DNA from: Hypanus sabinus
Taxonomy: Eukaryota
Length of the DNA: 64,000 nt
NCBI RefSeq assembly: GCF_030144855.1
Contig: NC_082715.1
Coordinates: 86,800,001 to 86,864,000, forward strand
Direction: 5' to 3'
In this document: piece by piece, positions 26,348 to 38,579 of the stretch
Position numbering within the stretch: the first letter of the stretch is position 1
How the letters are laid out: the number at the start of each line of letters is the position of its first letter
The notes under the pieces: model-generated
Seen by the model: the letters and a program-made list of their open reading frames with translations, nothing else
What the model was told of the DNA's origin: nothing
Databases searched by the model: none
Position numbers and translations under genes: made by a program

Positions 26348-26750
26348 CAGTGTCTTAAAAAGTATTTAGCCCCCACGACTACTTTCACATTTTACTATCT
26401 CATTTTCTAAAATTAAAATATACTGAAGTTCAATTTTTGAGCTAATCTACAAAACATTGTGTATCATATCAAATTAAAAGAAAATGTCTAAAACCTGTGA
26501 ACAATGTACTAATAATTAAAACCCAAAATTGTGAGGCTGAAAAAGTATTTATCCCCTTTACAATTATTGTGCTAACTTTGCTCAGGTGCAATATTGTATA
26601 TTACCTTAACAATTCACTCAATTTGCTGATGTAGAAAATTAGAGGATCACCTAAATAAACACTCCTCTGTCTGTAAAGTCCAACAATATGTTAGATTTTC
26701 AACAGACCAAACCAAAACTGAAGACAAAAGAGCATTCAAGACCACTGGCT
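26348..26750 (+). mobile_element. Tc1-family transposon left end (IR/DR type), truncated
   Basis: TA|CAGTGTCTTAAAAAGTATTTAGCCCC terminus; internal direct repeat AAAAGTATTTATCCCC at ~26541; KTKEHS transposase start at ~26720. Confidence 0.72.
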
Positions 26751-27199
26751 GAAGTTCTCTTTATGTACATTTTTGCATTTCTTATTAGTTTGCTCACTCT
26801 TACTTTCACACTTTTTGTCAATGTTTTGATACAACATTTACAGATTTCTATTACTCCTAATTTTTCAAACATACCTATCTATCTCACAAAATTCATTTAT
26901 TTTTTCTTTTAATCCTTACTTTAGCTCTGGTTTGCTACAAATAGGCAATTTGAACTATGGTCTTCATTCGTCAACGTCATATATTTTCATTGAAAATTAT
27001 GGATCATTTCTCTATGTAGTTAATTTCACATCCAACATCACTTGTCTTAATCTAATATTCCATTATGTCTTCACCCAATGAAATGGGCTTTCTTTAAATT
27101 GAAGACTCAAGATTCCAACTAACTACCAACAAACTTGGAATAAAATTCAAACTTGCTATCATCATATGCCACCATACAGGGCTAATACATGGTGCTATT

Positions 27200-28219
27200 T
27201 ATAAAACAACGAAATGATGGGGTGACCCATTGGGGCACCCTTTGAGACAAAGATAGTGCAGTCCGATGTGACCAGAATGAACATTAAATATTCCTGAATG
27301 CTATTGGTATTGCTTTGCTTTTGAAATTGAAGAAGAAAACCTCAGTTTATTAAAGAAAAACAATGCATCCTCGTTTAACGAAAGACACTTTTGATGGCAT
27401 CATTTCAGTCTGCTGCCCTTGTGCCTCTCGTTGTCATTTTGGAGTCGCGCAGCTCTTTCATCTCCTGTCTCTTCATCTCTTCTGCTGTTTGTTGTTTGTC
27501 TCTGATCCTGGAGATGAGCATTTCTCAGCTCCTTTGTCTCTTCCTCTCTCCTTCTGTGTCAGTTGTTGTCATTTTGGAGACGTGCATGCCTCTCCTCCTC
27601 TGTCTCTTCTCTCACCTTTTTTGTCTTGACTCTTTAATTTTGGAGTCATGCCCTGGCCTCATCCAATTCTTGTTCTCTTCCTCTCCTTGCCACTTCCCGA
27701 TGACACTTGGAGTCATCTCTTGACCATAATGTCCCCCTTCCCTTTCCATGCAGCATAATTAGGCTGACCATATTATTTTTACCCTAATGCTGGATGGAAG
27801 ATATGAAGCAGTAACACCAAAGCCTCCAGGATGCTGATTATTGTTGATGATGTAGTTGGCGCTCTCCTAAATGGATGTGATATAGTCCTTTGATTGCAGC
27901 AAAGGTTTTGATGGGTGTCTCGAAGTATGTCATTACAATAAGATTTAATTGTCTCTTATTGATGGGTGGCAGTTAGATCTGTCCCAATCCTGCACATGCT
28001 GATGGCGATTAGCAGAATGTGACCGCTCGAAATAGAGCTGCCCTACCCTTTTGCTCCAGTTGGTGTCGCTGCTGTGAGCATTGTGAGTCATTTCTGAGGT
28101 TGGCCGTGCGCATGTGTCGTGGTGTCGTGTTGCGGTTTCCATCATGGCTGACATCAGGTCTTGGGTGAAAGTGGGCTGTTGATTTTGGCGAGTGACAGAC
28201 AGGTGAGAAAAATTACAGA
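27200..28219 (-). mobile_element. Probable non-autonomous Helitron with STPR-like repeats
   Basis: A|TC 5' end at 28219; minus-strand repeats EETEEERHARLQND and EETGDERAARLQND; GC-rich subterminal hairpin 27220-27240; CTRR end not found. Confidence 0.55.
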
Positions 28220-28229
28220 TTCTTTCTTG

Positions 28230-28530
28230 TAACTTTGTTCTCTTTTTTTCTCTCTTCCGCCATCCCAGTTCCCCTCCCCCTCTTTCTCAAATGGTCCACT
28301 TACCTCTCATCAGATTCCTTCTTCAATGGCCTTTATTTCATCTCCCTTTCCCCCTCTCCTGATTTCTCTTATCACTTTCCAGCTTGTATTCCTTCCCCTC
28401 GCTCCACTTTTTATCCCTTTCTTTCCAGTACCGTTGAAGGGTCTCAGCCTAAAACATTGACTGATAATTCCTCTCTATAGATGCTGCTTAACTGCTGAGT
28501 TACTCCAGCATTTTGGATGCGTTGCTGAGC
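28230..28530 (+). mobile_element. Penelope-like terminal repeat
   Basis: Pyrimidine-rich tract, decayed hammerhead motif, 'atagatgctgc'. Confidence 0.7.
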
Positions 28531-28704
28531 TTTCACAATCATTCAAAAGAACATGCAAGCTGATACAAGCCAAGAAAGAGATATGTGCATCAAGAATGCC
28601 ATTTAAAGAGCAGAAAGGAGTTCACACCTTTGAAGTTGAGGTCCTTACAAAAATAGCTTCTTGATAAAGAGGTCTGCGATCTTTCAGTGAGTTCCCAGTT
28701 ATCA

Positions 28705-29290
28705 GGAAACACAAGACAAAAGAGCAGCATTAGGCCATTTCACCCATCAAGTCTGCTCCACCATTTCATCATGCTGATCCATTTTTCCTCTCAGCACAAA
28801 TCTCCTATCTTCTCCCCATATCCTCTCCTAATCTGACCAATCATTAATCTATCAAACTCTGCTTAAAAATATGTAAAGAATTGGCCTCCACAGCCACCTG
28901 TTGAATGAATTCCACAGATTCTCCACTCTCTGGCTGACGAAACTCCTCCTCATCTTCGTTCTGAAAGGAAGCACTTTTATTCTGAGGGCATGTCTTCTGG
29001 TCCTAGACTCTCCCATCGTAGCAAACATCCTCTCCATATCCATTCTATCAAGACCTTTCAACATTCAATAGGTTTCAATTAGGTCACCTCACCCTTCATT
29101 CTGAATTCCAGTGATCAGACGCTCTTCAGATGACAAGCTGTTCAATCCTGGAATCACTTTCATGACCTCCATTGGACAGTCTCCGGAGTCAGCATATCCT
29201 TTCTGACATAAGGGCCCTAAAACTGCTCACAATACTCCAAGTGAGCCTTACCAGTGCTTATATAGCCTCAATGTTACATCCTAATGACAT
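28705..29290 (-). mobile_element. CR1 3' end
   Basis: MLKGLDRMDMERMF...SQRVENLWNS. Confidence 0.85.
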
Positions 29291-30059
29291 TGCAAGACAT
29301 TTAAGCAAATGGAACAAGGTATCAATCATCCACATTATAATCAGGAAATATGAACCTACAAAGTAGGATGTGAGGTTTTTTATGTGTTAACTAAGTTCTA
29401 CTTTAGGGTGCAACATGCACAAAATGCAATTAACAATACACTTTAGTGGTAATATTCAAAGTGTAGAGAAAGTAACTAAGACTGCACAGGAGATAACATT
29501 TTGCAGCTTTGTTAGAAGTAACTATCCTGCAATGTAGAAATGAAGATTTTTTTTGTGTTTACCTGATTCCGCTATCAGATAAATACAAGAACTCTGCTTT
29601 TGGTAATGAGCTAAGTGTCGAGAAAGTAACTGGACTGAAGACTGATTGGACTGAAGATTACTATTTTACAGTCTCCTTAAAAGTAACTATCTGTGAAGGA
29701 GTCACTAATAACTTTGTATTATTAACATAGCCTTGCTTCAGCTATCTGAGAGGTGAGACTATGGATACTGAGTAGGGAGATCTCCACAGTTACCACCTTC
29801 TGCCCCTAGCCCTCTTGCTCTTGATGCACTTCTGACAGTGTGTCATGGCCTTCAGGCCACAGGTCCCTTGCTCTGGAATCAGCTACTGCCTTTGGTTCGC
29901 TGGGTAGTACAGCATGCATAACAATGTGATGACATCTCCACATCTACTTGCTGTGCATGCCTGAAAGAGCCCATGATAAAAGCATGATAAAAGAAACCAA
30001 ATATTATCTAATAATATTTTCCACCACCAGTCAGTACTTTCAGAGATATCAGTGCATCT

Positions 30060-30465
30060 CTTAAACTCTAGGAATTCCACAGATGCTGGAAATACAAGAC
30101 AACACACATAAAATGCCGGAGGAGCAGGTCAGGTAGCATATTTGGAGAGGAATAAACAATCAACATTTTGGACCAAGGCCCTCCATCATGAATGGTAAGG
30201 AAAGAGGAACAAACTGAAGTAAGAAGCTTCAGTTCTTACTTCAGCTGGGGGGAGTTGACAGATAGAAAAGGTAAAGGGCTAAAGAAGAAGGAATCTGATA
30301 GGAGAGGACAGTGGATGATGGTAGAAAGGGCAGGAGGAGGGTGCCAGAGCAAATGGACAGGTGAGGTGAAAATAAGGGGTAAGAGGGGAGCTAGAATGGG
30401 AAATAGATAAAGAAAGAAGGAGAAGGGAGAAAATTACCAGAGATTTGAGAAATCAATGTTCATGT
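30060..30465 (-). mobile_element. Penelope-like terminal repeat
   Basis: Reverse-complement similar to 25570-25950. Confidence 0.7.
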
Positions 30466-30919
30466 TTATTCGTCTTCATAGAAGCTGCCTCACTTTCTGA
30501 GTTCTCTAAAATTTTGTGTGTGTGTTGCTCCTAGTATCTCTGGTTGTAGTGGATAATGAACAAGCGGCTTTTGATCTTAAGATCCATCCCTCCAAGCAGT
30601 AATAACTGCAGAAAAGATCTGGGCATGTGCTCTCACACATGTTGAAGGAATCACACACAAGGACATTGACCCTGTGGACATTTGATGCACAAAAACAAAG
30701 TAAAGAAGTGGAAATCTTTTCTACTGATGAAATGGTCTGTGTTCTTCGTAGAAGCCTTCTGGGAATGTAAGTGCAGTCAATGCTTCCCTACACATGTAGG
30801 AGCCCAATAAATCAGTGTGCCAAATGTGGAATTTGTATATCATTGAAATTAATATTTGTGAAATAATTACTTGCAAAGACAGTGCCTGTGGACCTCTCGA
30901 TTGCAGCAGTCGGGAGGAG

Positions 30920-31933
30920 ATTGATTGGTGAAGGAAGAGCAGTAGACGTAGTGTATATGAATTTCAGCAAGGCATTTAATAAGGTACACCATGCAAGGCT
31001 TATTGAGAAAGTAATGAGGCATGGGATCCAAGGGGACATTTCTTTTGTGGATCCAGGACTGGCTTGCTCACAGAAGGCAAAGTGTGGTTGTAGATGGGTC
31101 ATATTCTGCATGGAGAATGGTGACCAATAGGCTGTCTCAGGGATCTGTTCAGGAACCCTTACTCTTCATGAGTTTTATAAATTACCTGGATGAGGAAGTG
31201 GTGGGATGGGTTAGTAAGTTTGCTGATGACACAAAGGTTGGGGGTGTTGTGGATAGTGTGGAGCACTGTCAGAGATTACAGCGGGACATTGTTAGGATGT
31301 AAAACTGGGCTGAGTAGTGGCAGACGGAGTTCAGCCCAGATAAGCGTGAAGTGGTTCATTTTGGTAGGTCAAATATGATGGCAGAATATAGTATTAATGG
31401 TAAGCCTCTTGGCAGTGTGGAGGATAAGAGGGATATTGGGGTCTGAATCCATAGGATACTCAAAGCAGCTGCGCAGGTTGACTCTGTGGTTAAGAAAGCA
31501 TACAGTGTATTGGACTTCATCAATTGTGAAATTGAATTTAGGAGCCAAGCGGTAATGTTGCAGCTACATAGGACTCTGGTCAGACCCTACTTGGAGTACT
31601 GTGCTCAGTTCTGGTCACCTCACTACAGGAAGGATATGGAAACCATAGAAAGGGTGCAGAGGCTTTTTCCCAGGACTGAAGTGGCTGCTACAGGAGGGCA
31701 CACGTTTAAGGTGCTTGGGAGTAGGTACAGAGGAGATATCAGGGGTAACTTTTTTATTCAGAGAGTGGTGGAGGCAGATGGGTATTTTTAAGAGACTTTT
31801 GGATAGATACATGGAACTTAGCAAAATAGAAGGCTATGTGTAACCCTAGTAATTTCTAATGTAGGGACATGTTCAGCACAACTTTGTGGGCCAAAGGGCT
31901 TGTATTGTGCTGTAGGTTTTCTATGTTTCTATG
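30920..31933 (+). mobile_element. CR1 RT-3' end with internal deletion
   Basis: VVYMNFSKAFNKV, QGSVQEP, KFADDTK, LVRPYLEYCAQFW; (ttctatgt) tail. Confidence 0.9.
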
Positions 31934-33112
31934 TAGCAGGAATTTGCTGTGAGTACATAGTAAAATCCAGTGGCAGTGAAGTTTAAAATTAATGACCAGA
32001 GATCATCTTCTCTGTTTTCTGTTTTGGTTTCAGAGTTCAAGCATCTGCAGATATTTTTAATTTTTTTTTCAATCTGTTTTCTTCTGCAGCTTATATAAAC
32101 ATGTTTTTTTCACACAAATGAGTACCTTGGTGATATCAATGAAAGCAATATAGAATGGGCTTCTAGAAATGAATAGAATATGGTGACATATATGCATTTT
32201 GATAATAATTTTACTTTGAACTTTGATGTCCATTAATGAGCTGCTGATTCAGAAACCATCAATGGCACCCCTGGTAAATGGATTTGGACAGGATCTGCAC
32301 TTCAGCCAGAGGAAATAGTTACCCCAAGAAACTAAACATGGAAATGTCTCAGCAATTGCTCTAAATATCATAAACTTTGTTTCCCAGATGTTCTAGAACA
32401 CACTTTTTTCCATCGAAAGGAGAGAACTTCAAAAACAAGCTGCAGGCTTGCCAGCACCGTGAATTTTATTAGTTTAAATGGAATGGAGCTTAGCTCACAG
32501 CATGTGAATCAATAGTTTTACTGTGGTTTTGGTATCCAACACATCCGTAACATTCAGGCTCCCCATCTTGTCTTATTGGTGATCAGGTTTTCTTTGGAGC
32601 ACAATTTGCAGTTAAAGATAGATGATTAGAGCTGCTGATAGACATATTTAACGGTGTATACCTGTCAGGGCAAAGGGCCTATGCTTTAAATACATTTCAT
32701 CATTGTACATATGTTGTTGCTTGACTAATGTAAATCAGCTATCTTCCTCTTGTACCTGCTAACTCTAAAAAAAATCAGTGAAGGAGAGGAATTTGGAAAT
32801 AATCAGTGTACAAATACCAGAGCTGCTATCCTTCAATCCCTCAAATACTACTATCTCTACAAACTGAGAAGCAACAGTTAACAGCCCTGTGTCTACATTT
32901 ATTAACAATGAATCTTAAAAGATGTAAGAGATCTTACTGAAAAAAATTAAGGAATGATCCAAAAATATCCACAGATTAGTGAACATTTTATATTCAAAAA
33001 TATATTACTACTCCATCAAGTTAGTTCTCCTGTAGATTGAACACACAATTTAAGTTTGAATAATTCATGCTTTGTAACTTTTTAAATAGCTTTTCTGAAT
33101 GAACTGACTTAG

Positions 33113-33460
33113 AAAACATAGAAAACCTGCAGCACAATAGAGGCCCTTTGGCCCACAAAGTTGTGCTGAACATGTCCTTACCTGAGAAATTACCTAGGCT
33201 GATCCATAGCCCTATATTTTTCTAAGTTCCATGTACCTATCCAAAAGTCTCTTTAAAGACCCTATCATATCTGGCTCTACCACCATTGCCGGCAGCCCAT
33301 TCCACATACTCACCACTCTCTGCATAAAAACTTACCCCTGATATCTCCTCTGTACCTACTTCAAAGCACTTTAAAACTGTGCCCTCTCGTGATAGCCATT
33401 TCAGCCCTGGGAGAATGACTATCCACATGATCAATGCTACTCATCATCTTATACACCTCT
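33113..33460 (-). mobile_element. CR1 3' end
   Basis: Reverse complement of the 31670-31930 and 57710-58007 subfamily tail. Confidence 0.85.
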
Positions 33461-33634
33461 TTTTCAGACTTCAGAAAATTTTTCTTAGATGATAATCCAC
33501 AACCCCCTTCTTAATGATAGATATCTGCGAAGGAACACTAGAAGTGGATAGCCTTTTTGTACGAAATCCACTGTTCTCGCTGAACACAGCATGATCTCCT
33601 CTGCATTAAACTTACTAAACACAGCACATGTATC

Positions 33635-34475
33635 TGTTTGCAACATACAGAAAATACTGGAAGAAGTCAGTAGGTCAGGCAGCATCCTTGGAAATGAATA
33701 AACCATCAACATTATGGACTGAGGCCCTTCTTCAGGACTGGGAAAGAAGGGGTAAGTCACCAGAATAAAAAGGTGGGAGGAGGAAGAGGAGGATAACCAG
33801 GTGATAACTGAAGCCAGGTAGGTGGGAGAGGTAAAAGTCTGGGGAGGAGAGGATCTGACAGGAGAAAAGAGTGGACCACAGGAGAAAGGGAAAGAAGGGT
33901 GTGAGCACCGGGGAAGGTGATAGGCAAGTGAGAAGAGGTAAGAAGCCTGAGTGGTAGGGGGAGGGGGAAGGAAACATTTTTACCAGAAGGGGAAATTGAT
34001 ATTCATGGCATCAGCTTGGAGGCTACCTAGACAGAATATAAGAAGGTACTGCCCCTCCAACCTGAGGATGGCTTCATTGTGGAACAAGAGGCATAACGGG
34101 AATGGGAATGGAAATTAAAACATTTGACCACCAGGAAGTTCCACTTATAGTAGATGGAGAAAATGTGCTTGATGGTGGTCCTCCAGTTGATGATACATTT
34201 TACCAAAGTAGAGCAGGCCACATCGGGAGCAATGGATTCAATAGACAACCTCGGCGGATTTACAAGTGAAATGTTGCTTGACCTGGAAGCACCATTTGGG
34301 GCCCTGAATGGAGGTGAATAGGCAGGTGTAGCACTTAGACAACTTGCCAAGATAAGTGCCAGGAGGAAGAATAGTGGGGAAGGATGAATGGATAAGACAG
34401 TTATGGAGGGAGTGATGCCTTTGTAAAGTGGAGAATGGATGAAGGAAGGATGTATATCCATTACACATAGATGGC
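33635..34475 (-). mobile_element. Penelope-like element, GIY-YIG remnant and terminus
   Basis: KCYTCLFTSIQGPKWCFQVKQHFTCKSAEVVY. Confidence 0.8.
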
Positions 34476-34664
34476 TATCCCTGTTGCCGAATGCCTCCAT
34501 CCTGTTCTCATGCACCCTTGCCCTCCCTCTGCCATTCATCATCACAAACATCCAAAATTTCCAAAGAAATACTTAAAATATAAGTTGCATTTTCCTCCTT
34601 TGAAAATTTATCTTCTAACTTCAGAACTTTTTTACATTTTGATTGCACTTTTGATGGGGTAGAT

Positions 34665-36677
34665 CAGTGGTTCCCAAAGTGAGTGATATTGTCCCCCTGC
34701 AGGCAGGTGTGAGTGTTTGCTGTGTGAAATAGTTCTCTCAGGTGAGGCTATGAAACCAGCATGCTTCTTGAACTTTTGAAGAGAATACACTCTGATAAAG
34801 CAAACACCGACTTGGCTTATTTTCAGTCACTTCATGAAAGCTTTCAAGAAAGGAAAATACTTCAAAATATGTTTGCCTGCACTTCACAACAAAACAGTGA
34901 TGGTTTGATTGCTTCAACAAAACATTTCAAGCCCCATAAAATTAGAGAATAACTGATTCTGCCAGCAGTAAGGGAAGTTCTCAGTATGGATGCATGAATC
35001 TCTTGACCAAATAATTACAGTGATGCCACTCAACAACAACTCTATTCAAAGACAAATAGTTAAGCATCTGAGGATGCGAAACACACATTGTTAAGACAAC
35101 AAAATTTGCTCTGCAGATGGATGAGTCAACTTTGCCAGGCAACGATTCTTTACTTATTGGTTATGCTTGGTTAATAAAAGATGAAAGCATGGTTCAAGAT
35201 TTGTTATTTGCAAAGGGACTGGAAACAGATATGAAAGAGTAATCAATATTTCAGGTTGTTAAGCAATTTCTCAAAGAGAAGGATATTCTGCTCACCAGCA
35301 TTCTTGCAAGTGCAACAGATGGGGCACCATCAATGACACGATTCCACTGTGGGGTCATTTCTTGAAAAAAGCTCAACTTAAAATATTTACCATTCACTGT
35401 GTAATTCACACACAACATCTGGTCACAAAGATATCTAAGTGATCGGCTGCCCAACTCATTAAATACAATTATCCCAGTGGCAAATAAAGTCAATTCCTAT
35501 GCTTTCAATTCTCAACTATTTTGAGAGCTTTGTATTGAGAATGATAATAGCTTGAACACTTGCTGTTGCACACAGAACTCAGATGGATCTCAAAAATTGC
35601 CTGAGACAATTTTATGCACTTTTTTGAAACTGTAACAAAATTCTTTCAAAACACAAATGCTTCATTCAGTAATCCACTCAAGAATATTTGGCATGACACT
35701 GTTTACTTGCCAGAATTGTTCATAAAATTTAATGAAATACATCTTCAAATGCAAGGAAATTATGTGAATCTTACCATTGCCAAATCAGTCATCTCCACAT
35801 TTCTGTTCAAGTTAACTCTACTTAAATGCAACATTGGCTGCTGTGATGCTTTACAATTTCTTAGCCTCTCTGAGTGGGAAGAGAAAGGAGGAATACCAGA
35901 CAATCTTCAGCTATACTGTGCTGACCAGACTGAACTGTACCAGGACATGTCAAAGAGATTTTAGGATCTTCACTCAATCCAAATTTCAGACTGGGTAATA
36001 AATCCACTCGTGAACATTTGTAATGAGGAATTACCAGGTAGGATGAAGGAAGATCTGATCTCGTTACAAAATGACTTTAAGGTGAAGCTGAACTTTAAAA
36101 ATTCATATCAAGACATTTGGTGGCAGAAATAAATCTCTGAATGGTATTCTGCACTATGGAAAAAGGTTGTTGTGTTCTTTATGTCCTGCCGAAAGGTTTC
36201 GGCCCAGAACGTTGACTGTACTTTTTTCCATAGATGCTGCCTGGCCTGCTGATTTCCTCCAGTATTTTGTGTGTGTTGCTTGGATTTCCGCACCTGTGGA
36301 TTTTCTTTTGTTTGAGGTGTTCTTTATTGCCTTTCCAACATCATACTTAGTGGAGCACTGTTTCAGTACATTTGCCCAACTTCTGTCAAAGGAACAAACC
36401 AGACTGCAAATTTCTGATTGTGGGGCCCTGAGACTCCTTCTGAGGGACATTCAGCCTGACATTGAGATCCTTCTCATTGATAAGTGAAACATTTGAAAAT
36501 TTTTTGCAAGCATTTGTCACTGCTTTGAATTTGCAGTTCCTATTTTCTTTCACTACACATCATAAATCAAGATTCTTTACAGTGCTCATGTAATAGCTGG
36601 AACGGGAAGCACTGGGGTGCTAGGGATGTTGTCAGGGAGCCAAGGGGGCAGTAACACAAAACTTTTTGGAGGCACTG
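34665..36677 (+). mobile_element. hAT Buster/Charlie DNA transposon, both ends present, transposase decayed
   Basis: CAGTG...CACTG termini; perfect 8-bp TSD GGGTAGAT (34657-34664 and 36678-36685) with central TA; QMDEST, ATDGAPSM, IHCVIH, LLLHTELRWIS, FPTSYLVE motifs. Confidence 0.93.
36183..36316 (+). mobile_element. 134-bp Penelope-derived hammerhead-headed monomer with 11-bp TSD
   Basis: GTGTTCTTTAT at 36172-36182 and 36317-36327. Confidence 0.85.
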
Positions 36678-36849
36678 GGGTAGATCATGAAAACCTGACA
36701 GAAGTGCTGGCATTCCAATTAGACAAATCTTGCGGTGATGGATGATTTACTTCCATTCCAGTTTTATGAGCAATGCAAAGACTAATGAAGCCAATATGGG
36801 ATCAATGGTCTTCCCCACAGTTCAGGCAGAAAGGACGTAGTTAGTAAGG

Positions 36850-37350
36850 TGATCCACATGATGATCCCTAGTCTCCTCCTATGCCAAGATGAGGCCACTC
36901 TCAAGGTGGAGGAGCAACACATTATATTTTTCTGGGCACCCTCCCACCTGATGGCATGAATAACTATTTTTCCTTCCAGTGAACAAATTTCCTCCGCCCT
37001 TCCTTTATTCCCCATTCATTTCATTTTTCTCACCTGCTTATTATTCCCCACCTCCTTCTCTTTCTTCTATTGATAGGAGCAGAGAGTGGACAGATTATTT
37101 CTTCTCCAGTCCTTAACCTTTTCCAACCACCTTGCTTCTCCTATCACTCCAGCTAGCCTTTTCCCCCACACCCACCTTTTTATTCAGGCATCTTCCACTT
37201 TCATTCTCAGTCCTGAAGAAGGACCTCAGCACAAAACATTGACTGTTGATTAATTTCCATAGATGCTACCTGGCCTGCTGAGTTCCTCCAGCATTTTGTT
37301 TATGTTGCTTTGGATTTCCAGAACCCGCTGACCTTCTGCTGTTTGTGATG
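36850..37350 (+). mobile_element. Penelope-like 3' end
   Basis: LKVEEQHIIF motif; cagtc-ctgaaga...gactg; terminal repeat. Confidence 0.78.
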
Positions 37351-37924
37351 CAGCCCTCCTGAAGTTTTCTTTGGCCTCCCATGTGTTCCGAATGGACTCA
37401 GTGCCATCACAGGTAATATTTCTCCAACCTGAGAAGTCACTGAGAGAAAATTCTCATTTGTAAATGAGATGATGCATTTTTTTATTTCAAGTAAGTGTTT
37501 GTGAACAACCCAAGGGTGGTTGCTCTACTTACCTGGGAATCACTTGACATAGACGAACATAATATGTTTTATGTGGGAGTCTGCTCTCATGCATGTAATT
37601 AATGTGGCCTAAGTTAACCTAAAGTTAATGTGAAACATCAACTCTGTTTATTTCTCAATTTTTGCTGCAACATGCTGTGTTTCCAGCATGTTCTGTTTCT
37701 GACTAAAATCTTGACTTTGGCAGATCTATCAAAGAGCCTGCACTGCATGATCAAAATTTTAAGAAAGGAAGAATGCTGCCATTGGATTCTGAAGTGTAAG
37801 GGTGGGCTGCCATAGCTGCAAATTCATTATATTGAAGTATTGTTCTAACATTAAGTCAGTACCTGGATATAATCAATCCTTTTTTTCCATGTCTGGGTGG
37901 GCTGTTAAATTTTCTGAAGTTTCA

Positions 37925-38370
37925 GTTACACAAGAGATTCTGCAGATGCTGTAAATCCAGGGTAACACATACAAAATCCTTGAGGGACTCAGCAGATCAA
38001 GCAGCATCTATGGAAAGGAATAAACAGTTCACATTTGGGCTGAGATCAGGTCTCGCATCAAAAGGTCGACTGTTTCAAAGTTTAAAGTAAATTCATTATC
38101 AAAGTACATACTTGTTAACATAGAAAATAGGTGCAGGAGTAGGTCATTCATCTCTTCGAGCCTGCACCGCCATTCAGTATGATCATGGCTGATCATCCAA
38201 TCCAATCCATTCAGAACCCTGTACCTGCTTTCTCTCCATATATCATATACAACCCTAAGATTTGTTTTCTTGCAGGTACACTCAATAAGTCCAATAACCA
38301 TAATAGACTGCACTAACAGAGTGTGTAACCAGTGTGCAAAAGGCAGCAAACTGCAAATACAAAGTGTCAC
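37925..38370 (-). mobile_element. Penelope terminus, plus Rex 3' end containing a CR1 tail (38118-38240)
   Basis: Similarity to other copies in the window. Confidence 0.7.
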
Positions 38371-38579
38371 AGCTGTGAATTATGGAGTTGTCCATTCCAG
38401 GCAGAAATCAAAAGAAATAAAATTCAAAGAACAATGAATCTTTGAAATTTTCTGCCTAAGGGAACTGTGGAGATTCATTTAGTGAGCCTCATCAAAACTG
38501 GAATAGATACATTAGTCAATATCGATGAAGTAATAGAAATGTTAGAATACACCTTGCCAAAAAGCAGCTGAAAAAAATC

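Noticed and set aside
27400-27720. CRISPR-like repeat array
   Set aside because: Repeats are degenerate, codon-phased and in a eukaryotic context with no cas genes.
27391-27723. Plus-strand hydrophobic 88-aa and 110-aa ORFs as membrane proteins
   Set aside because: They are the antisense reading of charged STPR-like repeats.
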